From a bacterium (GTDB taxonomy: Bacteria; UBA6262; WVXT01), in contig JBHIBS010000019.1 of NCBI GenBank assembly GCA_046759165.1, positions 1 to 32,650 on the forward strand: a stretch of DNA of 32,650 nucleotides, read 5' to 3'. Positions 8,990 through 18,897 of this stretch are shown here, piece by piece (positions within the stretch are counted from its first letter, which is position 1; the number at the start of each line of letters is the position of its first letter). The translations under genes and the position numbers were made by a program. Below the pieces are notes generated by a model. That model saw only the letters and a program-made list of their open reading frames with translations, did not search any database and had not been told where the DNA came from.

Positions 8990-11900
8990 TTACCTCCTTG
9001 TGTACCCACCGCTGAGGAGTCCCCCCTCACCCCATTCCTCTCCCCTATGGGGAGAGGGAGATTTTGCCAATATTTCACAAACTGATTTATAATCACAAAA
9101 TTCACACCTTTTTGGCATAACGACCGGTTCAAAATCTTCTTCCCGAATTTTCTTTATAATTGTCTTTATTTTCTTTTCTAAATCACGCTCCATATCTTTC
9201 CCAATTTCTATGGTGACGAGTTCATTATGGCGCAGCCAGTATAAGCTCAATTTTTCTACTGGATTGTATCCAAGAATCTTCTCAGCCCCCCATTTGTAAA
9301 GCTGAATTGGCAAAACATAGGGCTGTTCATTCTTCTGGCGATTGGTCTTATAATCGATAATATGGTATCCATTCCCGGAAGTTCTATCAATTCGGTCGAT
9401 TATTCCCCTGATTTCAGAGTCTTCAATGAAAAGATGGAATGGCTGTTCTACTCTAACGATGTTACCAATTTGGCTCTCTGAATTGTCCAAAAATCTTAGA
9501 AGAATTGATTTAGCTTCTCTCTCATAAATATTTCGAATCTCCCTGTCAGTGATTCCATGAGCTTTGGCCAGTGAACGGAATTTACTTATCAATTCCGATT
9601 CTCTCCATTCTTCTCTCTCTTTTCTTGATAGAATGTATTCTTCCAGGGTCTTGTGAATTACTGTGCCGAATGTTGACTCTTCAATCACCTCTTCTTCTTT
9701 CTCTCTTTCCAATCCGGGGTCTGGAGGAAGATTGAATAGGTAGAGATATTTGTACCTTAATGGACACTGGTCAAAAGTGGCAAGCTGGGTAACTGTAAAA
9801 GAAGGAGGGGAAATTTCGTGGGAGGGAATCGACTCATAGGATGAAAATACAACCCTTCTTATCTCTTCCAGCGGCAGGGTCTCGATCTCTTTCTCTCTTT
9901 GGGCCGCGGGATAAATTCCTTTCTCCCAGACTTTCCTCTCCTGTAAAAACTTCTCCCTCCTATCTTCAATTAAGGAAGAGAACTTCTCTTTTACTTTCCA
10001 CTTCTCATCAAGAAAATAGGACATGAATGGACTCACCTTTTCTTGGGTGCTCTTGGTGCCGGAAATTATCAACTTCTCTCGAGGTCTGGTCAGACTAACA
10101 TAGAGAAGCCTCTTCTCTTCCATGTCGATGCCTCTTCTCCTTCCCCTCATCTCTTCTTTGGTAGATATGATGGAATCTTCATCATAAGCATAAAATGGTA
10201 AAGTTCCTCCTTTGAAAGGAAAAGCCTTATCCTTGACATTGGCTAAAAAAACGATGGGAAATTCCAATCCCTTTGCCTGGTGAATGCTCATTAGTCGTAC
10301 AGCGTTCTCCTCCCCAGGTTTAGCTTCACTCTCCACCACTCCCTGTTGAGTAACCTCATTCACATAGGCAATGAAATCTTCCAGTGTGGAGAAGATGTTT
10401 CTCTCCTCAAATTCTTGGATGAGGTTGAAAAACTTTTTAATATTCGCCAGGGTTCTCCTCCTTTCGGTAGGAGGCAAACTCTGGGCATAATGGAAATAGT
10501 TGCTCTGGCTAATCACTTTATATACCAGTTCACCTAAACTGTATCTACTCTTCTCTACGAAGAATCTCTCCAAAAGGGCTCTGCAATTCCTGATGGCCTT
10601 CTTATCTTCTTCTCCAATATCAAGACCATCCAACTTCCCCAGGGCATCGTAAAGGGGATAACGCTTCTTCACCATCTTCTCTTTGTCTTCAATTTCTCGC
10701 TCAGCAAAGACCGTGGCCAGAGAAGATAGACTGGAATTCTTAATTCTGAAAATGGGCGACCTCAGTAACCTTATGAGGGAGATGTCATCAAAGGGATTAT
10801 TGATTGTGCTCAAAAGTGCCACCAAATCCCTTATTTCTGGCCTTTCATAGTAACCTGTTCCGCCAGTAGTAATAAAAGGAATCCCGTGCCGCCTCAGAGC
10901 CTCCTCATATATTCCCACTGGAGTCTTAATTCCTCTCAAGAGTATCGATATATCCTTGAGCTCTAAACTCCTTCCCCAATCTTCTTTTCTGATCGGATTC
11001 TTTAACCGGTAGCCTCTCAGGAGCTGGAGAATTCTCTGGACAATAAATTCAGCCTCCTCTTCCTGATATTCTGCCAAAAATATCTCAACAGCACATCCCT
11101 CTCCTTCCTCTTCTGAACTTATGGGCTCATAACCAGGAATTTCCTTATCCAGAGCCTTATTGACCACTTTAAGAATCTGATTAAAGGAGCGGAAATTCTT
11201 AGTCAAAGAAAGGCTCAATTCAGATTCCTTGCCAAAATCTTCAATATTCTCAGGCTTAGCTCCTCGAAAGGCATAGATGGACTGTTTGATATCGCCCACC
11301 ACGAAGTAGTTGTGAGAGAACTGGCGTAAGAGTTTATCCTGAAGGGATGTGGTGTCCTGGTACTCATCGACCAGGACATATCTGAACTGCTTCTGGTATT
11401 TCTCCTTTATCTTTGCATTATTCTTGAGAAGATGCAAAGTCTCTAGGAGAATCCCGGAAAAATCGAAGTAGTGGCGCCTTTTAAGTTCCTCCTCATAAGA
11501 AGCATAGATCTTGGCAATCAGGCGGGTTAAATTTCTTTTCTCCTCACCCTTTGCTTTTGGAATCTGACGCAGAAATTCTGAAGGACATATTGCCTCATTT
11601 CGTAGCTCTTGAACATATTCATAGATCCTACTCAAGAAATCATCCAGCCACTGGTCGATAGTGACCCGGGGCAACTTTCCTTCCTCAAGCAGCGCTTTCC
11701 CCACCTTACAGAAAAGGATCTTAGCCTCTATCTCATTAATGACTCTGAAATTTGGCTCCAAACCTACTTCCAGAGCATTCTCTCTAAGAAGCCGTGTACA
11801 AAAGGAATCGATGGTGCTGATGTAAGCTCTCCTTGCCAGAACTTCCCTGGGAAGAGACATATTCTCCAACTCTCCTTCCAACCTCTCCCTCATCTCTCCA

Positions 11901-12103
11901 GCAGCCTTATTGGTGAATGTTACTGCCAGAATGCTCTCTATAGCCTCCTCAGGAGATACTCCCTTCTCCACGAGATTAGAAAATATGTTTAAGTACCTGT
12001 TTACCAGAACCGATGTCTTCCCTGTCCCGGCTCCTGCCTTCAGGCAGACAGTACCTTCAACCTCAACAACCGCCCTCTTCTGTTCTAAAGTTAAATCTCT
12101 CAT
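8990..12103 (-). CDS. UvrD-like helicase fused to a RecB-type nuclease (AddA/AdnB-like motor subunit)
   Basis: AGAGTGKT, VTFTNKAA, LVDEYQDT, GDIKQSIYAFRGA, NFRS, MSIHQAKGLEF; nuclease GIIDRID..IIDYKT with CP...CxxCxxxxxC. Confidence 0.9.
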   Translation of the reverse strand: MRDLTLEQKRAVVEVEGTVCLKAGAGTGKTSVLVNRYLNIFSNLVEKGVSPEEAIESILAVTFTNKAAGEMRERLEGELENMSLPREVLARRAYISTIDSFCTRLLRENALEVGLEPNFRVINEIEAKILFCKVGKALLEEGKLPRVTIDQWLDDFLSRIYEYVQELRNEAICPSEFLRQIPKAKGEEKRNLTRLIAKIYASYEEELKRRHYFDFSGILLETLHLLKNNAKIKEKYQKQFRYVLVDEYQDTTSLQDKLLRQFSHNYFVVGDIKQSIYAFRGAKPENIEDFGKESELSLSLTKNFRSFNQILKVVNKALDKEIPGYEPISSEEEGEGCAVEIFLAEYQEEEAEFIVQRILQLLRGYRLKNPIRKEDWGRSLELKDISILLRGIKTPVGIYEEALRRHGIPFITTGGTGYYERPEIRDLVALLSTINNPFDDISLIRLLRSPIFRIKNSSLSSLATVFAEREIEDKEKMVKKRYPLYDALGKLDGLDIGEEDKKAIRNCRALLERFFVEKSRYSLGELVYKVISQSNYFHYAQSLPPTERRRTLANIKKFFNLIQEFEERNIFSTLEDFIAYVNEVTQQGVVESEAKPGEENAVRLMSIHQAKGLEFPIVFLANVKDKAFPFKGGTLPFYAYDEDSIISTKEEMRGRRRGIDMEEKRLLYVSLTRPREKLIISGTKSTQEKVSPFMSYFLDEKWKVKEKFSSLIEDRREKFLQERKVWEKGIYPAAQREKEIETLPLEEIRRVVFSSYESIPSHEISPPSFTVTQLATFDQCPLRYKYLYLFNLPPDPGLEREKEEEVIEESTFGTVIHKTLEEYILSRKEREEWRESELISKFRSLAKAHGITDREIRNIYEREAKSILLRFLDNSESQIGNIVRVEQPFHLFIEDSEIRGIIDRIDRTSGNGYHIIDYKTNRQKNEQPYVLPIQLYKWGAEKILGYNPVEKLSLYWLRHNELVTIEIGKDMERDLEKKIKTIIKKIREEDFEPVVMPKRCEFCDYKSVCEILAKSPSPHRGEEWGEGGLLSGGYTRR
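9021..9060. repeat. CCCCTCACCC...CCTCTCCCC-TAT-GGGGAGAGG palindromic repeat inside the helicase 3' end
   Basis: 9-bp perfect hairpin at 9037-9057; translated as SPSPHRGEEWGEGG after the last conserved Cys. Confidence 0.65.
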
Positions 12104-15096
12104 TCTCCTGTTATCTTCTTATCACAAAGGAAATTGAAATCGCAATTCCAGCAGTTCCTTGGCCTCTGCGGATAGTATCCCTGGAGAATCCCCTTTGCCT
12201 TTTCCCTGAGATGCTTTAGTGCCTCCTCAAGGGACCCTTTGGTGGAAAGGACCACTCCCCCAGCAGAATATTGCTTACCCACCTCGACCGTTGCCTTAAT
12301 ATTGGCTTTAGAGTTCTGGAGGTCTTTACGGAGCCAGTAGATGGAGAGCCTCTCTACTGGCCTCCTCAAGTCTTCTCTGGCACCAAAAAAATAGATGGGT
12401 AACTGGAAACTTTCTCCCTCGCTCATTTTCCGACAGAGGCGGAACTCCATAAACGGATTCTTACTGGTCTTATAATCGATCACTTCCTCGACTCCTCCCT
12501 TGAGGCGATCCAGACGGTCTATTCGTCCAGAAATAGTCAACCTATCCATCTGCCAGGTGAATTCTCTTTCCTTCTCCTCAATGGAGAAACTCTCTCTTTT
12601 CCTCTCCTTCTCAAGATACCTCAGAAGAATTTCGGAAGCTAATCTCTGATAGACTTCTTTCTCAAACAGAGTGGAGAAACTCCCCCCTTCCTCGGAGAAG
12701 ACCTTCTCAACCTCCTTCTGCATATCCCTTTCTGCATGAGAAGAATATAGAGCATCTCTGCTATTGTATTTCTCATGAAAGGATGCAAGAATCCTGTGGA
12801 GGAGTCTTCCAAAAATTAAAGCAGGTCTCGGCTTAATCCAGATCTTTAGGAGGAAGGAGAAGAAGAACTTTGCCGGACATTCGCTGTATGACTCAAGCTT
12901 ATACGAAGAGAATGGATAATTAGTAGAAATCTTCACTCTATCCCAGAGAGTCTCCTGGTCGAACTCTCCCCTAATTCTCATTATCTCATTATATTTCTCT
13001 CTATCAATCTCTACAAGCAGGCCTTCTAAATCCTTATCTCCAGTTGTGAGCCAGAAGTTAACTAAATCCTCCCGCGTTAAAATTTCATCCTTCGCCTCAG
13101 GGCTCAGAACCGATGGCTTATCAAGAAATTCTATCCCTCTATTCCTGCATTTCTCAAGTAGTTCGTCTTCCCTTTCTGCCTCAACGAATTTCAAGACCAA
13201 AGAAGAGAGAAGTGAATCGCGATTAGACTCATAGGTTTTTCCATAAGTTAAATATAGCCTCTCCCTTGCTCTACTTATAGCTAAATTGAAGATCCTCTCC
13301 TCTTCTTTCAGATGTTCGGAAAGTTCGGGAAGGGGCTTCAGTCCCAATTTCTTCTTCTCTCGAAGGCCTAAAAGGGAAGATTCGGGTAAATCTCGCGGAA
13401 ACTTTCCTTCCACAAGGCCAGTTACGAAGACTACCGGGAAGAAGTTCCCGCCTGCCCTTTGCACAGTCATAATCTGGACGCTATCCTCTTGGGGAACAAA
13501 TGTAATTGCTTCCTCCCGACCGTAAGAAGCAAGCATCTCGTCAAGATAGCTCATGAAATCAAAAAAAGACAAATTGTTTTCGATCTTCTGGAACTTCTTC
13601 ACCACTTCCAGAAAATAGCTCAGATTCTGAGCCAACCTCTTGCTCTTCGTCCCTGCTTTCAGATAACCGAACCTCAAGAAAACTCTGTAAATAAGCCTTT
13701 CCAGGGATTCCTCTCTTGCCTCTTTCTCCATCTCCCCTAATGCTACCAGAAATTTCCGAAGGGAGGAGACAGTATCCCCCTTCAAACCACGTCCGGGATA
13801 GCTTACGCCAGACTCAGCCTTCTCGGGAAAGTCCTGGGGTAATTCCTTCACCACCATTCCTATGGCAGCTAAGAAAGGCAATCCTTTCCTTTCACTATAG
13901 GTGAGGAGCCTCTGAATATCAACAGGGTCGATCTTGAATTGCGGGGCTGAGAGAGCTCTCAGGAGATAGATGTTCATCTCTTCTGCTCCCCATAGGCACT
14001 TTAAAATGGAGATAATCTGGACAATTTCTGGCTGCTTGAAAAATGCTATGCCTCCCATTACTGTGTAATCGATATCGTAAATTTTCAGGGCATCTTCTAG
14101 GTTCTTTATCTCTCTAGAGACACCGCGGCAGAGGATAGCGATGTCGTGATAATGGTAGCCCTGGCGAGTCAAACCGTAGACCTTTCGGGCAATGAACAGA
14201 GCCTCCTCGCTTCCACTGCCACATTTCACTAAAGCTATCTCGGGGGAGCAGGTGGAAACTTCGGAAAGGGAAATTATGTGTGGCTCAAACTCAGTTAAGA
14301 ATTTCCTGTCCGCATCGTGGGGCAGAGCTCCACGAAAACGAAAGACGCTCTCTCCTTCATTACCTGAAAAAAGTACCTCCTGTTTCTCCGAGGCTAAAAG
14401 AGAGAAGAGTTCGTACTGATTCAAATCGATGTTCTGAAAGTCGTCGAGGAGAATGTGGCTAAATCTTTCCCTATAATTTTTAAGAATATCCGGATGACTT
14501 TTAAAAAGTCGAATGGTTTTCAAAACCAGGTCTCTAAAATCTAACCGGTTCTCTTTGCGTAGGTAATCCTGGTAGTCTCTGTAAATTCTTTTCAAATCTC
14601 CGAATTTCCCATAGGCGGGCAGGCTAACTTGGGAATTAAGTTTCAAAAGGTCAATGAAGTCGACCACCTCATCTAAGAAACCAGAAGCGTGCTTGACACT
14701 CCGATAGTAGTTCAACTTCAAACCTTTGAGAATTTTACTCAGAACTAACCTTTCCTCCAAACCATCGAGGACCTGAAAGTTGGGGTAGATTCCGGGAACC
14801 CTACTATAATTTTGCCGGAGAACTCTCTTGCAGAAAGCGGTGAAGCTATTGACCCAGAACTCTCCATATCCCGGCTGAAGATGGGGTCTCAAGGTCCCCA
14901 CCATTTCCTCTTGATCGGTAAAGACAAGTATCTTTTCAGGTAGAGCAATTCCAGAAGATATGAGATATTCGATTCTTCTCTTTAAAACTTCGGTCTTGCC
15001 CGACCCGGCTGGACCTAAAAGAAGAAGCGGTCTACCTCGATGAGTCACCGCCTCCTTTTGCTCTCTATTCAAGCCTTTTAGAATATCCACCTTCAT
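12100..15096 (-). CDS. Degenerate UvrD-like helicase fused to a RecB-type nuclease (AddB/AdnA-like subunit)
   Basis: GPAGSGKT is present, but motif II is LLDDFQN and there is no NY/FRS motif. Nuclease GRIDRLD..VIDYKT with CP...CWNCDFNFLC. ATGA overlap with its partner gene. Confidence 0.85.
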   Translation of the reverse strand: MKVDILKGLNREQKEAVTHRGRPLLLLGPAGSGKTEVLKRRIEYLISSGIALPEKILVFTDQEEMVGTLRPHLQPGYGEFWVNSFTAFCKRVLRQNYSRVPGIYPNFQVLDGLEERLVLSKILKGLKLNYYRSVKHASGFLDEVVDFIDLLKLNSQVSLPAYGKFGDLKRIYRDYQDYLRKENRLDFRDLVLKTIRLFKSHPDILKNYRERFSHILLDDFQNIDLNQYELFSLLASEKQEVLFSGNEGESVFRFRGALPHDADRKFLTEFEPHIISLSEVSTCSPEIALVKCGSGSEEALFIARKVYGLTRQGYHYHDIAILCRGVSREIKNLEDALKIYDIDYTVMGGIAFFKQPEIVQIISILKCLWGAEEMNIYLLRALSAPQFKIDPVDIQRLLTYSERKGLPFLAAIGMVVKELPQDFPEKAESGVSYPGRGLKGDTVSSLRKFLVALGEMEKEAREESLERLIYRVFLRFGYLKAGTKSKRLAQNLSYFLEVVKKFQKIENNLSFFDFMSYLDEMLASYGREEAITFVPQEDSVQIMTVQRAGGNFFPVVFVTGLVEGKFPRDLPESSLLGLREKKKLGLKPLPELSEHLKEEERIFNLAISRARERLYLTYGKTYESNRDSLLSSLVLKFVEAEREDELLEKCRNRGIEFLDKPSVLSPEAKDEILTREDLVNFWLTTGDKDLEGLLVEIDREKYNEIMRIRGEFDQETLWDRVKISTNYPFSSYKLESYSECPAKFFFSFLLKIWIKPRPALIFGRLLHRILASFHEKYNSRDALYSSHAERDMQKEVEKVFSEEGGSFSTLFEKEVYQRLASEILLRYLEKERKRESFSIEEKEREFTWQMDRLTISGRIDRLDRLKGGVEEVIDYKTSKNPFMEFRLCRKMSEGESFQLPIYFFGAREDLRRPVERLSIYWLRKDLQNSKANIKATVEVGKQYSAGGVVLSTKGSLEEALKHLREKAKGILQGYYPQRPRNCWNCDFNFLCDKKITGE

Positions 15097-15160
15097 CCCT
15101 AATTAACCGACCACGGGTTTATTTGCGGGTAGCATAGCCCTTTACGACCCTAATTTTTAC

Positions 15161-15292
15161 GGGGACAAGCCACTACACCACCTCCATTAATGCAAAGCTC
15201 CGCTCTACCACAATTCAAAACCTTGCACAATTTGAAATCGTACCTACAAAATTTCGAATTCACCCCATTGTAGGCACAAATTCAATTTGTGC
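15161..15292. repeat. Cluster of GTAG-type REP-like sequences including an inverted doublet
   Basis: 15225-15249 and 15268-15292 are inverted copies (TTGTAGGYACRAWTTCAAWTTGTGC, 4 differences). Further units ending in CTAC at 15161-15176 and 15192-15208. Confidence 0.6.
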
Positions 15293-15293
15293 A

Positions 15294-15335
15294 ATTTATG
15301 AACAGCTTCTGGAATTTTAACCAAAAAAGGAGGAC
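15294..15335 (+). repeat. Left-arm fragment of the ~180-nt element
   Basis: TGAACAGCTTCTGGAATTTTAACCAAAAAAGGAGGAC aligns with TGAAAAGCTTTTGGAATTTTAGGCAAAAAACAAGGAC of copy 2. Confidence 0.7.
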
Positions 15336-15850
15336 ATCTCCTCTTCGAAAGCTTCAAAAACCGGCCTATCGTAAAGGGCAAAAATAATCAACTTAACTTT
15401 TATATCCTTCCATTTTCTTAAGAAATCAAACGTCTCTCCGAGCATAATCTTAGCGCACTCTTTGAGGGGAAATCTGCCCACACCCGTTCCAAAAGCTGGA
15501 AATGCTAAAGAACCGACTCCCAGTTCTTCTGCCTTCTTAAGAGTATTCAGAGTGGCCTTACCTATTATCTGAGCATTCGTTACCAAATTCTGTTCCATCA
15601 CTGCTGCGTGGATGATATATTTTGCTGGCAAACTCCCTGCACCAGTAGCCACCACCTCTCCTACTGGTTTTGGTCCCTGAGCCACTGCCTCCCTTTCAAT
15701 AACCTTCCCTCCCTTCCTCTTGATTGCACCAGCCACTCCTCCTCCCATCCAGAACTTATTGTTAGCCGCATTGACAATAGCGTCAACTTTCAGAGTGGTA
15801 ATATCTCCTTGAAAAAGCTTTATCCTGGTATTTTTTAGCAAAACCTCCAT
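15317..15850 (-). CDS. Macro domain protein (ADP-ribose binding/hydrolase, YmdB-like)
   Basis: GDIT..VDAIVNAAN..GGGVAGAI, IIHA, AFPAFGTGV. Confidence 0.93.
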   Translation of the reverse strand: MEVLLKNTRIKLFQGDITTLKVDAIVNAANNKFWMGGGVAGAIKRKGGKVIEREAVAQGPKPVGEVVATGAGSLPAKYIIHAAVMEQNLVTNAQIIGKATLNTLKKAEELGVGSLAFPAFGTGVGRFPLKECAKIMLGETFDFLRKWKDIKVKLIIFALYDRPVFEAFEEEMSSFFG

Positions 15851-15851
15851 T

Positions 15852-17006
15852 CTATTCTTTTTCCCTTCCCATTTTTTCTTTTAAAGTCGTCAGGAGATTC
15901 TCAAAAGATTTTTCGAATGCATCCACTCCTTCTCTCTGAAGGGTCTCACAGACCTCTTCTAAATTGACCCCAGCTCTTTCCATCCGAGAAAGAACGTCTT
16001 CAACCATGCCGAAATTCTCTTCCAGAGATAATCTCGGCTTTCCATGGTCTCTAAAGGCATCCAGCGTTACCTGAGGAATGGTATTCACCGTATGGGGACC
16101 AATCAATTCTTCCACATATTTCACATCACTATAAGCAGGATTCTTAGTGGAGGTGCTTGCCCAGAGCGGTCTCTGGACTCTGGCTCCTCTTTTTGCCAGG
16201 TCTTTGAACTTGCCTCGAGAAAATATCTGTTTAAACTTTTGATAAACCTTCTTGGAATTGGCTATTGCCGCTTTTCCCATAAGCTCCTCTAAATTTCTCT
16301 TCTTTTGAAGACCTTTCTCCCACTCTATCAGTGAACTAATCTGCCTATCCACCAGTGTGTCTATCCTGCTCACAAATAGACTGGCAACCGAGACCACTCT
16401 CCTCAAATCTCCTCCCTTTCTGGAAAACTCTTCCAGTCCCTTTATGTATGCCGTGGCAACGTTTTCGTAATGGGACAAAGAGAATATGAGAGTAGTATTT
16501 ATGTTAATGCCTTTCGATATCAGACGCTCGATTGCCACAGCCCCTTCTTCTGTTGCCGGGACTTTTATCAAAATATTTTCCCTTCCTATTCTCTCAAACA
16601 ATTCTTGCGCCTCACCGAGAGTCTTTTCAATATCGTATGCGTATTTTGGAGGAACTTCGATACTCACATATCCATCTTTTCCCTCTGTCTCTTTATATAT
16701 TCTGTAAAGAATATCTGCCGCCAGAGTTACATCCTTTATTGTCAAACTACTATACACCTCTTCGGCAGTCTTGTTTTTTTGAGCCAGCTCTTCAATTTCA
16801 GAATCATATTCACTACTTTGAGTAATTGCTTTTTCAAATATAGTCGGATTGGATGTAACTCCACAGATGCCATCTTGTTCAACCATTTTTTCCAGCTTTC
16901 CCGAGGTGAGAATGGACCTCTCAATATTATCATACCAGATGCTCTGTCCAAAATTCTTAATCTGATAAACTGGATTCTTTCCCATTTCCCTTTTCCCAAA
17001 ACTCAC
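15852..17006 (-). CDS. tal: Transaldolase (long type); alternative start at 16985
   Basis: GQSIWYD, GVTSNPTIF, ILIKVPAT (catalytic Lys), FVSRID, RPLWASTSTKNP. Confidence 0.95.
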   Translation of the reverse strand: MSFGKREMGKNPVYQIKNFGQSIWYDNIERSILTSGKLEKMVEQDGICGVTSNPTIFEKAITQSSEYDSEIEELAQKNKTAEEVYSSLTIKDVTLAADILYRIYKETEGKDGYVSIEVPPKYAYDIEKTLGEAQELFERIGRENILIKVPATEEGAVAIERLISKGININTTLIFSLSHYENVATAYIKGLEEFSRKGGDLRRVVSVASLFVSRIDTLVDRQISSLIEWEKGLQKKRNLEELMGKAAIANSKKVYQKFKQIFSRGKFKDLAKRGARVQRPLWASTSTKNPAYSDVKYVEELIGPHTVNTIPQVTLDAFRDHGKPRLSLEENFGMVEDVLSRMERAGVNLEEVCETLQREGVDAFEKSFENLLTTLKEKMGREKE

Positions 17007-18229
17007 AAAAGGCTCATCTGCTCTGGCTCTGCTCTCTTTTCCTCTTCAAATATCTTTACTTTCCCATACACCCCATCATATCCTGGGGAAACCTTGACTT
17101 TCCTTTCCCTTACCCTGGCGATACCTTCGGCGATTTTGGAATGGATTTTATAAATTTCATCGAAAGGAACTTTTAGCATAATTTTGAATTCACTGCCAAA
17201 TTTTTCAATCAGGTAGTGGTATAACTTATCCACTTCTGTCGACTTGGAGGTCTTTCCAATCGCCTCGCCGATTACTTCTTTTAAGAGAACAAGACTTGTA
17301 AAAGGAATTGCGCCCTGAGGTTTGAAGCCGATTTCCCTATCGGCGAGTTCGTCCACTCGATGCATAACTCCTATAGTGAGAGGTTTGCCACACCGCGGGC
17401 AAATGTTATTATAACTCTTTGTCTCTTTGGGAGAAAGACACACGTTACAATTCCTGTGACCGTCATAATGGTACTTCCCTTGCTGAGGGAAGAACTCTAT
17501 AGTACCCAAGAATTTATCCTTTTCCTTATTCTTGATTGCAGAAATTATTTCTCCATAATCAATTTTGCAATCAAAAATATTGGCTTCCCTTCCCAAACTG
17601 GCAGGAGAATGAGCGTCACTATTGGAGATTAAGGCAAACCTGTCGAGATTGCCCAGGGCCCAGTTCATTTCAGGGTCGCTGGACAATCCTGTCTCCAGAG
17701 CATAGATTTGCGAAGTCAATTCTCCAAAGCATTCTTTTATGTCGTCAAACCCGGAATTTGCCCCAAAGAGCGAAAACCAGGGAGTCCAGATATGCGCCGG
17801 CACAACAAAACATTCACTGGACGCTTCCAGCACTATCTTCGTTAACTCCTTTGCCGAAATTCCCAAGATAGGTCTTCCATCAGAGTACAAGTTACCGATT
17901 CTTGAGAGTTCCTTATTCAACTTGTGGACTATCTCGAAACTGGGAACAAAAACGAGAATATGAATTTTTCTTACACTTCCGCTCTGAGAATAGATACAAC
18001 TTATCTCGCCAGTCAGGAAAAAATGGACGCCACCATACTCATAAACACCATAGGTCACTGGCTTAAGGCAATCTTCAAGTTCATCCAGCCAGTGGGGATG
18101 AGTAAAGTCCCCTGTTCCTAAAATATCAATTCCCTTAACCTTAGCATACCGGCTTATCTCTCGAACCCTCATCTCGCCCGAGGTAGCCCTTGAATATCGA
18201 GAGTGAATATGAAAATCAGCGATCAACAT
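17003..18229 (-). CDS. Endonuclease Q family (PHP domain + zinc finger)
   Basis: ADFHIHSRYSRATS, GTGDFTHP, PAHIWTPWFS, ETGLSSD, SNSDAHS, CxxC...CPRCG, PGYDGVYG. Confidence 0.9.
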   Translation of the reverse strand: MLIADFHIHSRYSRATSGEMRVREISRYAKVKGIDILGTGDFTHPHWLDELEDCLKPVTYGVYEYGGVHFFLTGEISCIYSQSGSVRKIHILVFVPSFEIVHKLNKELSRIGNLYSDGRPILGISAKELTKIVLEASSECFVVPAHIWTPWFSLFGANSGFDDIKECFGELTSQIYALETGLSSDPEMNWALGNLDRFALISNSDAHSPASLGREANIFDCKIDYGEIISAIKNKEKDKFLGTIEFFPQQGKYHYDGHRNCNVCLSPKETKSYNNICPRCGKPLTIGVMHRVDELADREIGFKPQGAIPFTSLVLLKEVIGEAIGKTSKSTEVDKLYHYLIEKFGSEFKIMLKVPFDEIYKIHSKIAEGIARVRERKVKVSPGYDGVYGKVKIFEEEKRAEPEQMSLL

Positions 18230-18596
18230 TTTTCTTCCTAACTATCAAAAAAAGCATCAACCCTATCCCTAACCCGTCTATCAGAATGTCGTAAATCGAC
18301 CCTTGTCTGGTGGGAACAAAACTCTGATGGATTTCGTCAGATATTCCATAAAGTAGGGAAAGCGCCCCGGACCACGCATAAGTTTTTGACAGATTAATCT
18401 TAATTGAGTGGAAAATCGCCCTCCAGATAAGAAAGGCGAGTATTCCGTATTCAGTAATGTGGGCAATTTTTCTGAGGATTATATCCCAGGTTCCCCAGGG
18501 CGTTGCAAGATTCGGAAGGCTGGAGAGGTAGAAAATGGTACCACACCACAAACCCACTGGTAGCCACAGTCTCAAAAACGGAAGAATTTTCCTCAT
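18216..18596 (-). CDS. VanZ-family membrane protein
   Basis: RKIAHITEYGILA, YGISDEIHQSFVPTR, DILID. Confidence 0.9.
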   Translation of the reverse strand: MRKILPFLRLWLPVGLWCGTIFYLSSLPNLATPWGTWDIILRKIAHITEYGILAFLIWRAIFHSIKINLSKTYAWSGALSLLYGISDEIHQSFVPTRQGSIYDILIDGLGIGLMLFLIVRKKNVDR

Positions 18597-18625
18597 CTCT
18601 CTTTGCCTTGAACATCAACAATTAC

Positions 18626-18820
18626 TCACTTGTAGCATTCAATAAATCTTTCCAAAGACCTGTCGTAAGTCCTCTCCACTTTGAGAGGAAAAAAACATGC
18701 TGGCAGTTCTCTCGACCTCCAGTGATATCTTATACACTCGCAACAAATCCCTTTTCTGGAACAAGGCTCATAGGTACAGTTGCAATTCTTCCGATTTACC
18801 TCTTGGTTGCATTCTCTCAT
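18626..18820 (-). CDS. Small Cys-rich protein (DUF6485-like)
   Basis: CNCTYEPCSRKGICCECIRYH...LPACFF...ERTYDRS; start at MRECNQ with an RBS-like AAGGAAG. Confidence 0.75.
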   Translation of the reverse strand: MRECNQEVNRKNCNCTYEPCSRKGICCECIRYHWRSRELPACFFPLKVERTYDRSLERFIECYK

Positions 18821-18855
18821 TTGTACTTCCTTTATGAGATCCAATATCTGTTATC

Positions 18856-18897
18856 GAAAAATAGTTTGTGAAGAGCTTCTGGAATTTTAGCCAAGAA
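18856..18897 (+). repeat. Left-arm fragment of the ~180-nt element
   Basis: AAAATAGTTTGTGAAGAGCTTCTGGAATTTTAGCCAAGAA matches the left arms of copies 1-3; it ends at the stop codon of the upstream gene. Confidence 0.75.

Noticed and set aside
16470-17153. 227-aa plus-strand ORF and other plus-strand ORFs in the track
   Set aside because: They are antisense shadows of well-supported minus-strand genes and have no recognisable motifs.
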